From an uncultured Candidatus Saccharibacteria bacterium (GTDB lineage Bacteria; Patescibacteriota; Minisyncoccia; Phycocordibacterales; UBA9973): a stretch of DNA of 64,000 nt. Under the pieces are notes generated by a model. It saw only the letters and a list, made by a program, of their open reading frames with translations. It did not search any database and was not told the DNA's origin. Below are positions 1-9,700 of the stretch, one piece after another. The stretch covers positions 32,689-96,688 of the forward strand of contig CAYUQD010000002.1 of the NCBI GenBank assembly GCA_964446965.1. Direction: 5' to 3'. The first letter of the stretch is position 1; each line of letters starts with the position of its first letter. Position numbers and translations under genes: made by a program.

Positions 1-496
1 GCGGATAGTCGGTATCAAATCCTTTTTCGAGCGCGAGTGAGAGCATCTCGGCGTTGTTCTCGAGTGGCTTGCCGAGCACCTTCACCACTTCTCCTGTTGG
101 AGCAGTCATTGGGTCAGGCCAGTCGGTGATCGCACAAAAGACCTTGTCACCAGCTTTTGCACCAGAGAGTTTCTCACCAGGAATAGTGATCGGTGTGTAC
201 ATACGCCCGTCATTGGTGACGATACAGTGTGTCCCTTGCTCAAATGAGAGTGTACCTGAGTATCCAACCTTTGCTCGACGACTGATCTCGAGGACCTTGC
301 CGTACGGGTTCTCATGGCTAGCGTTTGCGAGCTCTGTTACCTCGACTTTGACTGTGTCGCCATGAAATGCACGGTTCAATGCTTCGCGCGCGACTTCTAT
401 TGCGATGCCGAGGTCACGAACCTTCACATAGCCGGTGCCTTTGGTTGATATATTGATAGAGCCTTCAAATGTAGACCCGACGGAGAGTTTTTCCAT
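1..496 (-). CDS. rnr: RNase R (exoribonuclease, RNB family) N-terminal portion; partial, continues beyond window start
   Basis: Not in ORF track (no stop inside window). Minus-strand ATG at complement of 494-496 gives MEKLSVGSTFEGSINISTKGTGYVKVRDLGIAIEV...GDTVKVEV...KAGDKVFCAIT...EMLSLALEKGFDTDYP. The two OB/cold-shock-like segments and following helix resemble the RNase R N-terminus. Confidence 0.55.
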   Translation of the reverse strand, partial: MEKLSVGSTFEGSINISTKGTGYVKVRDLGIAIEVAREALNRAFHGDTVKVEVTELANASHENPYGKVLEISRRAKVGYSGTLSFEQGTHCIVTNDGRMYTPITIPGEKLSGAKAGDKVFCAITDWPDPMTAPTGEVVKVLGKPLENNAEMLSLALEKGFDTDYP

Positions 497-519
497 TCGA
501 CTACTTTAGCACAATTCGG

Positions 520-576
520 CCGGTATGAATATTTTGCGTCCTCGCTTCGCTGCGGGATGCAAAATATTCATACCGG
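520..576. repeat. 18-bp perfect inverted repeat CCGGTATGAATATTTTGC / GCAAAATATTCATACCGG with 21-nt spacer, between divergent rnr and rpsP
   Basis: Read directly from the sequence; arms at 520-537 and 559-576. Confidence 0.85.
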
Positions 577-596
577 ACCTCATTGCAGCTCTACTC

Positions 597-625
597 GTTG
601 ACGCTTCCTACATATTCTGCTATTA
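597..625 (+). promoter_or_regulatory. sigma70-like promoter (TTGACG, 17 nt spacer, TATTAT) ending about 10 nt before the rpsP ATG
   Basis: Hexamers at 597-602 and 620-625. ATG at 636, with no Shine-Dalgarno sequence between. Confidence 0.45.
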
Positions 626-635
626 TCCGACTCAC

Positions 636-941
636 ATGTTAAAGATCAGACTACAACGTATCGGCCGCAAGAATGCACCAGCTTTTCGCTTGGTGGTGAC
701 CGATAGCAAGAATGCAGCGCAAAGCGGCAAATTCCTCGAGATTCTCGGGACTCACACTGTCAAAAGTGATGCAGTAGCTTTCAACGGCGAGCGCATCAAG
801 CACTGGATCAAGAACGGTGCCCAAGTATCTCCGACAGCACACAACATGCTCGTCAAAGACGGCATTATCGAAGGCAAGAAAAAGAACGTCCTCCCAAAGA
901 AATCTGCAACCCCAAAGCGAAAGGAAGCAAAGAAGAAATAA
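636..941 (+). CDS. rpsP: 30S ribosomal protein S16 with lysine-rich C-terminal tail
   Basis: MLKIRLQRIGRKNAPAFRLVVTDSKNA... is the canonical S16 N-terminus. The ORF-track start at 525 is upstream of the real ATG at 636. Confidence 0.9.
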   Translation: MLKIRLQRIGRKNAPAFRLVVTDSKNAAQSGKFLEILGTHTVKSDAVAFNGERIKHWIKNGAQVSPTAHNMLVKDGIIEGKKKNVLPKKSATPKRKEAKKK

Positions 942-946
942 AAAAT

Positions 947-969
947 CCCCAGGCGACTGGGTTTTTTAT
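947..969 (+). terminator. intrinsic terminator (CCCAGGCGACTGGG plus T-run)
   Basis: GC hairpin followed by TTTTTT immediately after the rpsP stop. Confidence 0.7.
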
Positions 970-1022
970 TACTGTAGATTTGCTAAAATGAACGTATTAC
1001 TGGATTGATTGAATATACACAT

Positions 1023-1328
1023 ATGACTGACAAAGAATTTCTGGAACTGGTAGTAAAGGCTCTCGTGGAGAATCCAAATGACGTCGTTATCGACCGCACA
1101 GTAGACGAGATGGGGGTATTGCTCACACTCTCGGTCAACCAAGTAGACATGGGCAAGATCATTGGTCGCTCTGGCAACACTGCAAAGGCGATCCGTACCT
1201 TGTTGCGCGTCGTCGGTATGAAGCACAATGCCCGCGTGAACCTCAAGATCAACGAGCCCGAAGGCTACCAAAAGCAGCCCGATGTCGCGAACCTCGATGA
1301 TGCGATGGCGGATCTTAAAGATCTCTAA
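1023..1328 (+). CDS. khpA: KH-domain RNA-binding protein (KhpA/YlqC family)
   Basis: Small protein with a VDMGKIIGRSGNTAKAIRTL KH motif (GxxG loop), in the conserved position after rpsP. Alternative start at 1005. Confidence 0.75.
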   Translation: MTDKEFLELVVKALVENPNDVVIDRTVDEMGVLLTLSVNQVDMGKIIGRSGNTAKAIRTLLRVVGMKHNARVNLKINEPEGYQKQPDVANLDDAMADLKDL

Positions 1329-1349
1329 AAAGCATTATAAATAAAGGTC

Positions 1350-1378
1350 AAAAATCCCCTCGAAATAGGGGATTTTTG
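1350..1378 (+). terminator. intrinsic terminator (AAAATCCCCTcgaaatAGGGGATTTTT)
   Basis: Hairpin plus U-run after the khpA stop. Confidence 0.7.
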
Positions 1379-1383
1379 AATGC

Positions 1384-1411
1384 TTGACAAAATATATAGA
1401 TATGCTAATAT
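1384..1411 (+). promoter_or_regulatory. near-consensus sigma70 promoter with extended -10 (TTGACA, 16 nt spacer, TGcTAATAT)
   Basis: TTGACA at 1384-1389, TG at 1403-1404, TAATAT at 1406-1411. No protein-coding gene follows for about 360 nt. Confidence 0.55.
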
Positions 1412-1417
1412 AAAGCA

Positions 1418-1740
1418 AAACTCAGTTGGAACAAAGTTTCTTAACTTCTCATAGAGCCCACGTATACCAATCCTCGGATTGGACTGTAGCCAAAAGGCCG
1501 ATAATATACCAGCTCGAATATGGGATCCGAAACCTCTTGCAAAGGATACGGACATAGAGAAAGTAATATGGCCAACATTATGATAAAAACTCTTTTAAAT
1601 TAATTTTTTCTTCTGTTATTTTGACTGATCATCTGCATTAGTATGTCTCTGACTATATTAGTGGTGATTACATCAGTATTTGAATTTCAAGTAACCATGT
1701 TGGTTACACAAACAACCCGATCGGCAGATTGGGTTTTTAC
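1418..1740 (+). ncRNA. candidate small RNA of about 320 nt (unknown family), defined only by promoter and terminator
   Basis: Consensus promoter upstream and intrinsic terminator (1715-1740) downstream. Internal hairpins at 1454-1475 (CCAATCCtcGGATTGG) and 1691-1707 (GTAACCAtgtTGGTTAC). No ORF of 60 aa or more on the + strand. No match seen to tmRNA, RNase P, SRP or 6S signature motifs. Confidence 0.3.
1715..1740 (+). terminator. intrinsic terminator (ACCCGATCggcaGATTGGGT plus TTTTT)
   Basis: Hairpin with one G-U pair followed by T5, immediately upstream of the trmD promoter. Confidence 0.6.
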
Positions 1741-1741
1741 T

Positions 1742-1769
1742 TTGACTAATTTATAAAATATTGTATTGT
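1742..1769 (+). promoter_or_regulatory. sigma70-like promoter (TTGACT, 16 nt spacer, TATTGT) with -10 ending 6 nt before the trmD ATG
   Basis: TTGACT at 1742-1747, TATTGT at 1764-1769, ATG at 1776. This spacing implies a leaderless transcript. Confidence 0.45.
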
Positions 1770-1775
1770 TATCTC

Positions 1776-2420
1776 ATGAAATTTCACTTCCTCACCATTT
1801 TTCCCGAAATGATCAACTCGTATATTGGCGAGAGTATTTTGAAGCGGGCGGGGGAGAAGAAACTCCTTGCATTTGAGGTAAAGAATATCCGCGAATATAC
1901 CAAGGACAAGCATCGCAAGACTGACGAACGTCCATACGGCGGTGGTCCGGGGATGGTGATGACCGCAGAGCCAATCCTCAATGCCTTCAATAAACTCAAA
2001 CTCAAGAAAGGTGGCAAAGTGAAAGTGATACAACTCTCACCGAGTGGCAAGATGTTCACCAACGCAGTCGCAGCAAAGTTTGCCAAGTCATATACCGATA
2101 TCGTCTATATCTGCGGACGATACGAAGGGGTAGATGATCGCGTGCGCACCATCCTCAAGGCGGATGAATACTCAATCGGAGACTACACCGTCACCGGTGG
2201 CGAACTCCCAGCCCTCATCATGACCGACGCTATCGCTCGGCAGATCCAAGGGGTACTGGGCAAGGGGGAGAGTGTCGAAGAGAGTCGCATTGCGAGTCCT
2301 CGAGTCTACACACGCCCAGAAGTACTGGTATATAAAGGCAAAAAGTACAAAGTCCCAAAAGTCCTCACGACAGGGGATCACAAAAAGATAGACGAATGGC
2401 GACTCAAGCAGAAGGGGTAA
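1776..2420 (+). CDS. trmD: tRNA (guanine37-N1)-methyltransferase
   Basis: MKFHFLTIFPEM...ERPYGGGPGMVM... is the TrmD SPOUT signature. ORF-track start at 1761 trimmed to ATG at 1776. Confidence 0.85.
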   Translation: MKFHFLTIFPEMINSYIGESILKRAGEKKLLAFEVKNIREYTKDKHRKTDERPYGGGPGMVMTAEPILNAFNKLKLKKGGKVKVIQLSPSGKMFTNAVAAKFAKSYTDIVYICGRYEGVDDRVRTILKADEYSIGDYTVTGGELPALIMTDAIARQIQGVLGKGESVEESRIASPRVYTRPEVLVYKGKKYKVPKVLTTGDHKKIDEWRLKQKG

Positions 2421-2489
2421 TATTGACTTATATTGTATATATGGTATCATATATACAACGCAGTATCGCGCTCATTTAAACATAAAAAT

Positions 2490-2930
2490 ATGGACCAGTT
2501 TCCCATCGAGCAACACATAATCGATGTACTCACAGAGTATGTCGACAAATCGTTCACGATACGCCTCATTGAGGACAATAAACCCTGGAACGAAATATTG
2601 AAAAATATATTACAATCAGTATTTCCAAAAGCTACGATCACTATCACTACTCCAGAAACTTGGCTATCTATAGAACAGGAAATAAGGGAGCAGCAATTTG
2701 ATATGGTGTTCGTAGATGTAAACTTAAACAAATTTTTCGAACATCCAAAGTATGGTACAAATGGGTTGAAAGTGATCCCCTTTATCAAAAAGGAGAGCCC
2801 TAACACCTGTATAATCGCCTTTTCTAGTAATTCAAAGCTCAATGATATTGCAGTAAAGGACGGGGCCAATTTTGGGATTGTAAAAAAGGATATTATTTGC
2901 CTCCCAAAGCAAATAGGTATGAAAAAATAG
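2490..2930 (+). CDS. stand-alone response-regulator receiver (CheY-like) domain protein, AT-rich
   Basis: IRLIEDNKPW (acidic pair), FDMVFVDVNL (phospho-Asp), CIIAFSSN (Ser/Thr) and GANFGIVKK (Lys) match receiver-domain landmarks. No output domain. ORF-track start at 2433 is an alternative. Confidence 0.55.
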   Translation: MDQFPIEQHIIDVLTEYVDKSFTIRLIEDNKPWNEILKNILQSVFPKATITITTPETWLSIEQEIREQQFDMVFVDVNLNKFFEHPKYGTNGLKVIPFIKKESPNTCIIAFSSNSKLNDIAVKDGANFGIVKKDIICLPKQIGMKK

Positions 2931-2954
2931 CAAAACTAAGTCTTTTTCATGCTA

Positions 2955-2983
2955 TTGACAAATATTGCATGGTGTGATACTAT
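2955..2983 (+). promoter_or_regulatory. sigma70-like promoter (TTGACA, 17 nt spacer, TACTAT)
   Basis: Hexamers read upstream of the small ORF at 2999. Confidence 0.45.
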
Positions 2984-2998
2984 ATTTAGGAACAAAAA

Positions 2999-3262
2999 TT
3001 GATAGTTATGAAACGTCAAGATAGAGAACTTTTAAAAAGCCTTCTCAAGCACAATACATTCCCACTGAGTGTTGCACCCATACCCGCAAAGGTTGTCCAG
3101 CATCCAAGTGTGCCACAGAAAATCGAGGAATCTCTCGAACAAGAAAACGAATCAGATCCATCGGATAGTACCGAACCACAACCATCACTACCAGAGCAGT
3201 TGCGGGCACGACACGATCTGTTCGTTGATCATTGTTCCAGAGATTATCGGATCAGGTTATAA
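2999..3262 (+). CDS. hypothetical small protein with acidic/Pro-rich C-terminus
   Basis: ORF with own promoter. An overlapping alternative frame 3069..3332 cannot be excluded. Confidence 0.3.
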   Translation: MIVMKRQDRELLKSLLKHNTFPLSVAPIPAKVVQHPSVPQKIEESLEQENESDPSDSTEPQPSLPEQLRARHDLFVDHCSRDYRIRL

Positions 3263-3324
3263 TATAGAAAGTGTTTTCCCGGGGGTTATAGTAAGAGATG
3301 GGCGAAAGCCCATCAAACCGCTTC

Positions 3325-3353
3325 ATTCATGAGGCGGTTTTTTATTTGACAGG
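3325..3353 (+). terminator. intrinsic terminator (AACCGCTTCAttcaTGAGGCGGTT plus T-run)
   Basis: Hairpin plus TTTTTT before the rpoB leader. Confidence 0.6.
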
Positions 3354-3485
3354 TACTCTGCTATATACTACACTGTAGCCCTTACAGTTTCGGAAGGGTT
3401 TTGGTTGTTTTCTGTATATTATTAGGTGAGTTTACAAGGTAAGCCGTCCCCGCTATGGGGTAGGCATTTTTGCGTTTATATACAT

Positions 3486-6400
3486 ATGAGTAAAACGAAA
3501 GCACAGACGGGTCCTCGACCAAAGAAGTACTTTTCTAAGTTCAAAGAGCCACTCGCTCCATTTCCAAACCTTATTCAACATCAGATCGACTCATACAATA
3601 GATTGATCGAAAAGGGTCTCAAAGAAGTCTTTAAAGAATTCACCCCAATCCAGGACTACTCTGGCAAGAAATTCCAGCTTGACCTCGTGTCATTCCACCT
3701 TGTCGCACCTACCCACGACGAACACTACGCAAAAGAAAACAAACTCTCTCTCGAAACACAACTCAAAGCTCGTATCAAACTCACCAACAAACAAACTGGG
3801 TCTGAAAAAGAGCAAGAAATATTCCTTTCGGATATCCCCGTGATGACCAATCATGGTACCTTCATCATCAACGGTGTTGAGCGTTCGCTCATCCCGCAAC
3901 TTCAGCGTTCTTCTGGAGTATTTTTTACTGACCTCGACATCAAGGGCAAGCGATACTTTGGCGCAAAGATCATCCCAAACCGCGGAGTATGGATCGAGAT
4001 CGAGTCTGATCCAAGTGGCGAGATATTTGTCCGTATCGACAAGAAAAAGAAGTTCTCAGTCATCACACTCTTGCGCGCGCTCGGCTTGACCGAAGACGCA
4101 ATGATTCTCAAAGCATTCAAGGGTGACACTGTACAGAACGTCATCAAGAATGCAATCGAAAAGGACCTCGTCAAGGACCAGAGCAGTGCCTTCGTCGAGA
4201 TCTACCGCAAACTTCGTGATGGTGACCTTGCCAACGCTGAGAACGCAAAGGAGTTCGTCAACAACCTCTTTAGTGAAGAACGATACGACCTCTCATCTGT
4301 TGGACGATTTCGTTTCAACAACCGTTTCCAGCTCGATATGAGTGACAAGGCAATGGAGCGCAAAACGCTCTCTGCAGATGATATTGCCGTCATCATCAGT
4401 CACATCATCGAACTCAACACTACTCCAGGAAGTCATGCAGATGACATCGACCACCTCTCGTCACGACGCGTCCGTTTTGTCGGAGAGATGCTCCAGTCCA
4501 AGATCTATATGGGATTCACTCAGATCAAGCGCAACGTGCAAGATCGTATGAGTACGATCGATGCAGCCAACGCGCTCCCGATCCAGGTCGTCAACCAGCG
4601 TCCACTCCAGGCTCGTATCAAAGAATTCTTTACGACCAACCAGCTCTCACAGTTCATGCAACAGGACAACATTCTCTCTGAGATCGAAGAGTTGCGTACT
4701 GTCAGTGCGCTTGGTCCCGGAGGTCTCACTCGTGAACGCGCGACCCTCGAAGTCCGTGACGTACACACATCTCACTATGGTCGTGTCTGTCCGATCCACA
4801 CACCAGAAGGTCCAAACATTGGTCTCATCCTCCGTCTCGCGATCTACGCGCGCATCAATGAGTTCGGCATTATCGAGACTCCGTACGCCAAGGTAAAGGG
4901 TGGCAAGATCACCGACGAGATCGTCTACCTCAACGCTGCCGAAGAAGAGCGCTACATCATTGCTCACGCTGGTATGCGCGGAGCTACAGCTGCGCTCCCT
5001 GATCGTGTCGAAGCCCGCATCCGCACATCTCCTGGTATCGTTGACAAGGCAGAAGTCGACTTCATCGACGTTGCCCCAAACCAGGCATTCTCTGTTGCGA
5101 CATCTATGGTGCCGTTTCTCGAACACAACGATGCAAACCGTGCATTGATGGGTAGTAACATGCAAAAGCAGGCAGTCCCACTCATCCGCCCAGAAGCACC
5201 ATTGGTTGCTACTGGTATGGAAGAACTCGCAGCGCCATACTCAGGCCGTCTCGTCATCGCCGAAGAAGGTGGGGAAGTCGTTGCAGTAGATGCAATGAAA
5301 ATCACGATCAAGAACGACAAGACAAACAAGGATCACACCTACTCACTCGTGAACTTCCAGCGCACCAACGCGTTCAATGCGTTCCACCAGCGTCCAGTCG
5401 TATCTCTCGGTCAAAAGATTAAGAAGGGAGATCTCCTCGCAGATACTTCAACTTCTGCGAACGGACAGATCGCACTTGGTCACAACATGCGCGTTGCATT
5501 TATGTCATGGAACGGTAACAACTTCGAAGACGCGATCATTCTCTCTGAACGTCTGATCAAGGACTCCAAGTTCACCTCTATGTATATCGCAGAGTTCACA
5601 TCAGTCGTGCGTGACACCAAGCTTGGTCCCGAGATCACTACTCGCGACATCCCAAACGTCGGTGAGGCACGCCTCAAGGACCTCGACGAAGAAGGTATCA
5701 TCCGTGTTGGTGCAGAAGTCAAAGAGGGCGACATCATGGTCGGCAAGATCACCCCAAAGGGTGAGACAGAACTCACTCCCGAAGAGCGACTTCTCCGAAG
5801 TATCTTTGCTGAGAAGGCTCGTGATGTGAAGGATACTTCTCTCAAGATGGATCACGGCAAGCGTGGTCGCGTCATCCGAGTCAAGGTATTCTCTCGTGAA
5901 CAAGGTCACTCACTCGAGAGTGGTGTGATCAAGAAGATCGTCATCGAAGTCGCACAGTTGCGTAATATCTCTGTCGGAGACAAGCTCGCTGGACGTCACG
6001 GTAACAAGGGTGTCATCTCAGTTGTCCTCCCCGAAGAAGACATGCCATACATGGCAGACGGTACTCCTGTCGACGTTGTGCTCACTCCGCTCGGTGTCCC
6101 ATCACGTATGAACCTCGGACAGATCCTCGAACTCCACCTCGGACTCGCAGCGCACGAACTCGGCTATCAAGCCATCGTTCCACCATTCTCTGGTGCGACC
6201 GATGCTGAGATCAAGGCCGAACTCGTCACTGCAGGATTCCCTGAGTCAGGACGCGTACCGCTCTACGACGGACGAACAGGAGAGAAGTACGAACAAGACA
6301 TCGCAGTCGGATTTATGTACATTCTCAAACTTCACCACATGGTTGAAGACAAGATTCACATGCGTTCTATTGGTCCATACTCACTCATCACACAGCAACC

Positions 6401-6704
6401 ACTCGGTGGTAAGGCGCAAGGTGGAGGTCAGCGTTTCGGAGAAATGGAGGTCTGGGCACTCGAAGGATATGGTGCCTCACACATTCTGCGCGAAATGCTC
6501 ACGATCAAATCTGACGACATCCGTGGACGTGCGGCGACATTTGACTCGATCATCAAGGGTGAACCGATCCGAGAACCAAATACTCCTGCGTCATTCATGG
6601 TCATGTTGAACTATCTTCGCGGACTCGCGCTCGACGTCGAGCTCACCAATGCACGGACGGTACCCGCTTCATTATCAGCAGCAGATGACGAAACAACTGC
6701 GTAA
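3486..6704 (+). CDS. rpoB: DNA-directed RNA polymerase subunit beta
   Basis: Length and sequence along the ORF are consistent with RpoB. The ORF-track start at 3426 is TTG; ATG at 3486 (MSKTKAQTGPRPKK...) is preferred. Confidence 0.95.
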   Translation: MSKTKAQTGPRPKKYFSKFKEPLAPFPNLIQHQIDSYNRLIEKGLKEVFKEFTPIQDYSGKKFQLDLVSFHLVAPTHDEHYAKENKLSLETQLKARIKLTNKQTGSEKEQEIFLSDIPVMTNHGTFIINGVERSLIPQLQRSSGVFFTDLDIKGKRYFGAKIIPNRGVWIEIESDPSGEIFVRIDKKKKFSVITLLRALGLTEDAMILKAFKGDTVQNVIKNAIEKDLVKDQSSAFVEIYRKLRDGDLANAENAKEFVNNLFSEERYDLSSVGRFRFNNRFQLDMSDKAMERKTLSADDIAVIISHIIELNTTPGSHADDIDHLSSRRVRFVGEMLQSKIYMGFTQIKRNVQDRMSTIDAANALPIQVVNQRPLQARIKEFFTTNQLSQFMQQDNILSEIEELRTVSALGPGGLTRERATLEVRDVHTSHYGRVCPIHTPEGPNIGLILRLAIYARINEFGIIETPYAKVKGGKITDEIVYLNAAEEERYIIAHAGMRGATAALPDRVEARIRTSPGIVDKAEVDFIDVAPNQAFSVATSMVPFLEHNDANRALMGSNMQKQAVPLIRPEAPLVATGMEELAAPYSGRLVIAEEGGEVVAVDAMKITIKNDKTNKDHTYSLVNFQRTNAFNAFHQRPVVSLGQKIKKGDLLADTSTSANGQIALGHNMRVAFMSWNGNNFEDAIILSERLIKDSKFTSMYIAEFTSVVRDTKLGPEITTRDIPNVGEARLKDLDEEGIIRVGAEVKEGDIMVGKITPKGETELTPEERLLRSIFAEKARDVKDTSLKMDHGKRGRVIRVKVFSREQGHSLESGVIKKIVIEVAQLRNISVGDKLAGRHGNKGVISVVLPEEDMPYMADGTPVDVVLTPLGVPSRMNLGQILELHLGLAAHELGYQAIVPPFSGATDAEIKAELVTAGFPESGRVPLYDGRTGEKYEQDIAVGFMYILKLHHMVEDKIHMRSIGPYSLITQQPLGGKAQGGGQRFGEMEVWALEGYGASHILREMLTIKSDDIRGRAATFDSIIKGEPIREPNTPASFMVMLNYLRGLALDVELTNARTVPASLSAADDETTA

Positions 6705-6722
6705 TCTTTTGAGTCCAATTAT

Positions 6723-9700
6723 ATGAAAACACTCGATACAACAAACTTTGATCAAATCGTTCTCAAACTCGCAAGTCCTGATCGCATCCGCGAATGGTCA
6801 TATGGAGAGGTGACGAAACCAGAAACTATCAACTACCGAACAGGGCGTTCAGAACGCGGCGGTCTCTTTGACGAGCGCATCTTTGGTCCCGAAAAAGACT
6901 ACGAATGTTACTGTGGTAAATACAAGCGCATCCGATACGCAGGTATCGTCTGTGAGAAGTGTAGTGTGGAAGTCACACAGTCTATCGTGCGCCGTGAACG
7001 TATGGGTCACATCGAACTCGCTTCACCTGTAGCACACATCTGGTTCCTCCGAGGTGTACCATCTCGAATGAGTATCTTGCTCAACGTCTCGCTCGCCGAC
7101 CTCGAAAAGGTGGTCTACTTTGCTGGATATATCATCACGAGTGTTCACGAAGACGAAAAGACTCGTGTCGTCGCGGAGCTCGAAGCTGAATTTAAAAACA
7201 AAGTAAAGAATGCAGCTGACGAAGAGACAAAGGAAAAGCTCAAGAACCTCCTTCTCAATACAAAGAAAGAAATCGCAGAGATTCGTGTCGGCAAGGTGCT
7301 CAACGAACTCTCATACCACCACTTCTCACTCAAGTACGGATCTAGTTTCGAAGCAAACATTGGTGGAGAAGCAATCTATCAGTTGTTCTGCAACATGGAC
7401 CTCGACAAGCTCAAGGCTGTCACCGAGAAATCTCTCGAGAAAGCAGGAGCTGCAGAGCGTGAGAAACTCCAAAAGCGTCTCGCACTCATCCGTTCGATGA
7501 TCTACGCAAAGATTCGTCCAGAATGGATGTTCCTCTCAGTGATCCCGGTGATCCCTCCAGCGATCCGTCCGATGGTTGCCCTCGAAGGTGGTCGTCATGC
7601 GACTAGTGATGTCAACGACCTCTATCGTCGCGTCATCAACCGCAACAACCGTCTCAAAAAGTTGAAGGAAATAGGTGCTCCAGATGTCATCCTCCGCAAC
7701 GAAAAGCGTATCTTGCAAGAAGCAGTAGACGCATTGATCGACAACTCGATCGCCGGCCAAGACTCTCCTGCAATGAGTCAAGCGCAGCGTCGTGCACTCA
7801 AGAGTCTCTCTGACAACCTCAAATCAAAGCAAGGTCTCTTTCGTCAGAACCTCCTCGGTAAGCGCGTTGACTACTCAGCACGTAGTGTGATCGTCGTTGG
7901 ACCAACACTTCGTCTCAACCAGTGTGGTCTCCCAAAGCATATGGCACTCGAACTCTTTCGACCGTTCGTCATCTCAAAGATCATTGCTCGTGAACTCGCA
8001 TACAACATTCGTGGTGCCAACAAGCTCATCGAAGATGGTATTCCTGAAGTCTGGGCAATCCTCGAAGAAGTGATCCAGGGCAAGTACGTGCTCCTCAACC
8101 GTGCACCGACACTTCACCGTCTCGGTATTCAGGCATTCATGCCAGTATTGATCGAAGGTAATGCTATCCAAGTTCACCCACTCGTCTGTCCTGCGTTCAA
8201 CGCCGACTTCGACGGTGACCAGATGGGTGTATACCTCCCGTTGTCAGAGACTTCTCAAGCAGAAGCAAAGGCGCTCATCAGTGCTGACAAGAACTTGCTC
8301 AAGCCACAAAACGGAGATCCGATCGTCTCTTCCAAACTCCTCGACATTGTTCTCGGATGTTATTGGATGACGTCATCAGTCGACGGTCAAAAGGGTGAAG
8401 GTAAGTACTTCGCAAGTCCAAATGATGCCATCCTCGCTTCGGACCATGACGTCGTGTCATACCGCGCAAAGATCAATGTGCTCGGTACAGGGAACGAAAA
8501 GTATGAGATCTTTGGTGGTAAGCCATTTGAGACAACAGTCGGACGCCTCCTCTTCAACGCGATCTTGCCTGCAGACTTCCCATATATGAACGAAGAAATG
8601 ACCTCAAAGAAGATGGTCGTCATCGTCGACAACCTCATTAGTAAATATGGTGTTGATCCGATCGCAAACATTCTCGACCGTATCAAGACATTCGGGTACA
8701 AGTACGCGACCAAGTCTGGTACAACATGGGGTATCGACAACGTTATCGTCCCTGCAGAAAAGCCAGCCATTGTCGCAAAACATCGCGCTATGGAAGCAGA
8801 AGTCAAAGCGCAGTTCGAAGACGGTCTCCTCTCCGAAGAAGAACGCTACCAGAGTGTGCTCACTATCTGGAACAAGGCAAAGGCCGAGATCGAAAAAGCA
8901 TTGCCGAACACTATCGAGAAGCACTCATCTGTTTACGACATGATTACTTCTGGTGCTCGAGGTACTGTATCCAACGTGACCCAGATGGCCGGTATGAAGG
9001 GTCTCATCCAGAACACTACTGGACGCACGATCGACTTCCCGATCATTCCATCATTCAAGGAAGGGTTGTCTCCACTCGAATACTTCATTACGACTCACGG
9101 TTCACGTAAGGGTCTCGCCGATACTGCGCTCAACACTGCACGTGCCGGATACCTCACTCGACGTCTCGTTGATGTGGCCCAAGATGTGATCGTCACTGAA
9201 GACGACTGTGGAACAAAGAGTAGCAAGCGCGTTACCAAGGAAGTTATCTCAGGTTTTGAGATTCCAATCTCAAAGAATATTCGTGGACGAGTGCTCGCAA
9301 AAGAGATCGCATTGCCTGACGGCACTACTATGTTCAAGCGTGGTCACATGATCACTCGCGACGAAGCGCTCGAAGTTGAAGCTCGTGGTGCGACAGAAGT
9401 ATTCATCCGCACTCCAATGCTCTGCAAGACTGTATACGGTATCTGCCGACAGTGTTATGGTCTCGACCTCGGTCGCAACCACATCGTCGACAAGGGTGAG
9501 TCAGTGGGTATCATCGCCGCTCAAGCGATCGGTGAACCAGGTACACAGCTCACACTTCGTACATTCCACGCCGGAGGTCTCGCCGGAGTCGACATCACAC
9601 AGGGTCTCCCTCGTGTCGAAGAAATCTTTGAGTGTCGTGAAGTCAAGAATCCTGCAGTCGTCGCAAAGTACTCCGGTACTGTATCTGAGATCAAAGAAAA

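Noticed and set aside
54-365. Plus-strand 103-aa and minus-strand 69-aa ORFs at the window start
   Set aside because: They overlap the partial rnr CDS (1..496 minus), which has recognisable RNase R N-terminal features.
1418-1740. Identification of the candidate sRNA as tmRNA, RNase P RNA, SRP RNA or 6S RNA
   Set aside because: None of their hallmark motifs were found by eye: tag-peptide ORF plus tRNA-like end, GNAAAGUCCGG-type P4 sequence, or SRP domain IV GGAA/AGCAGCC. Left as unknown family.
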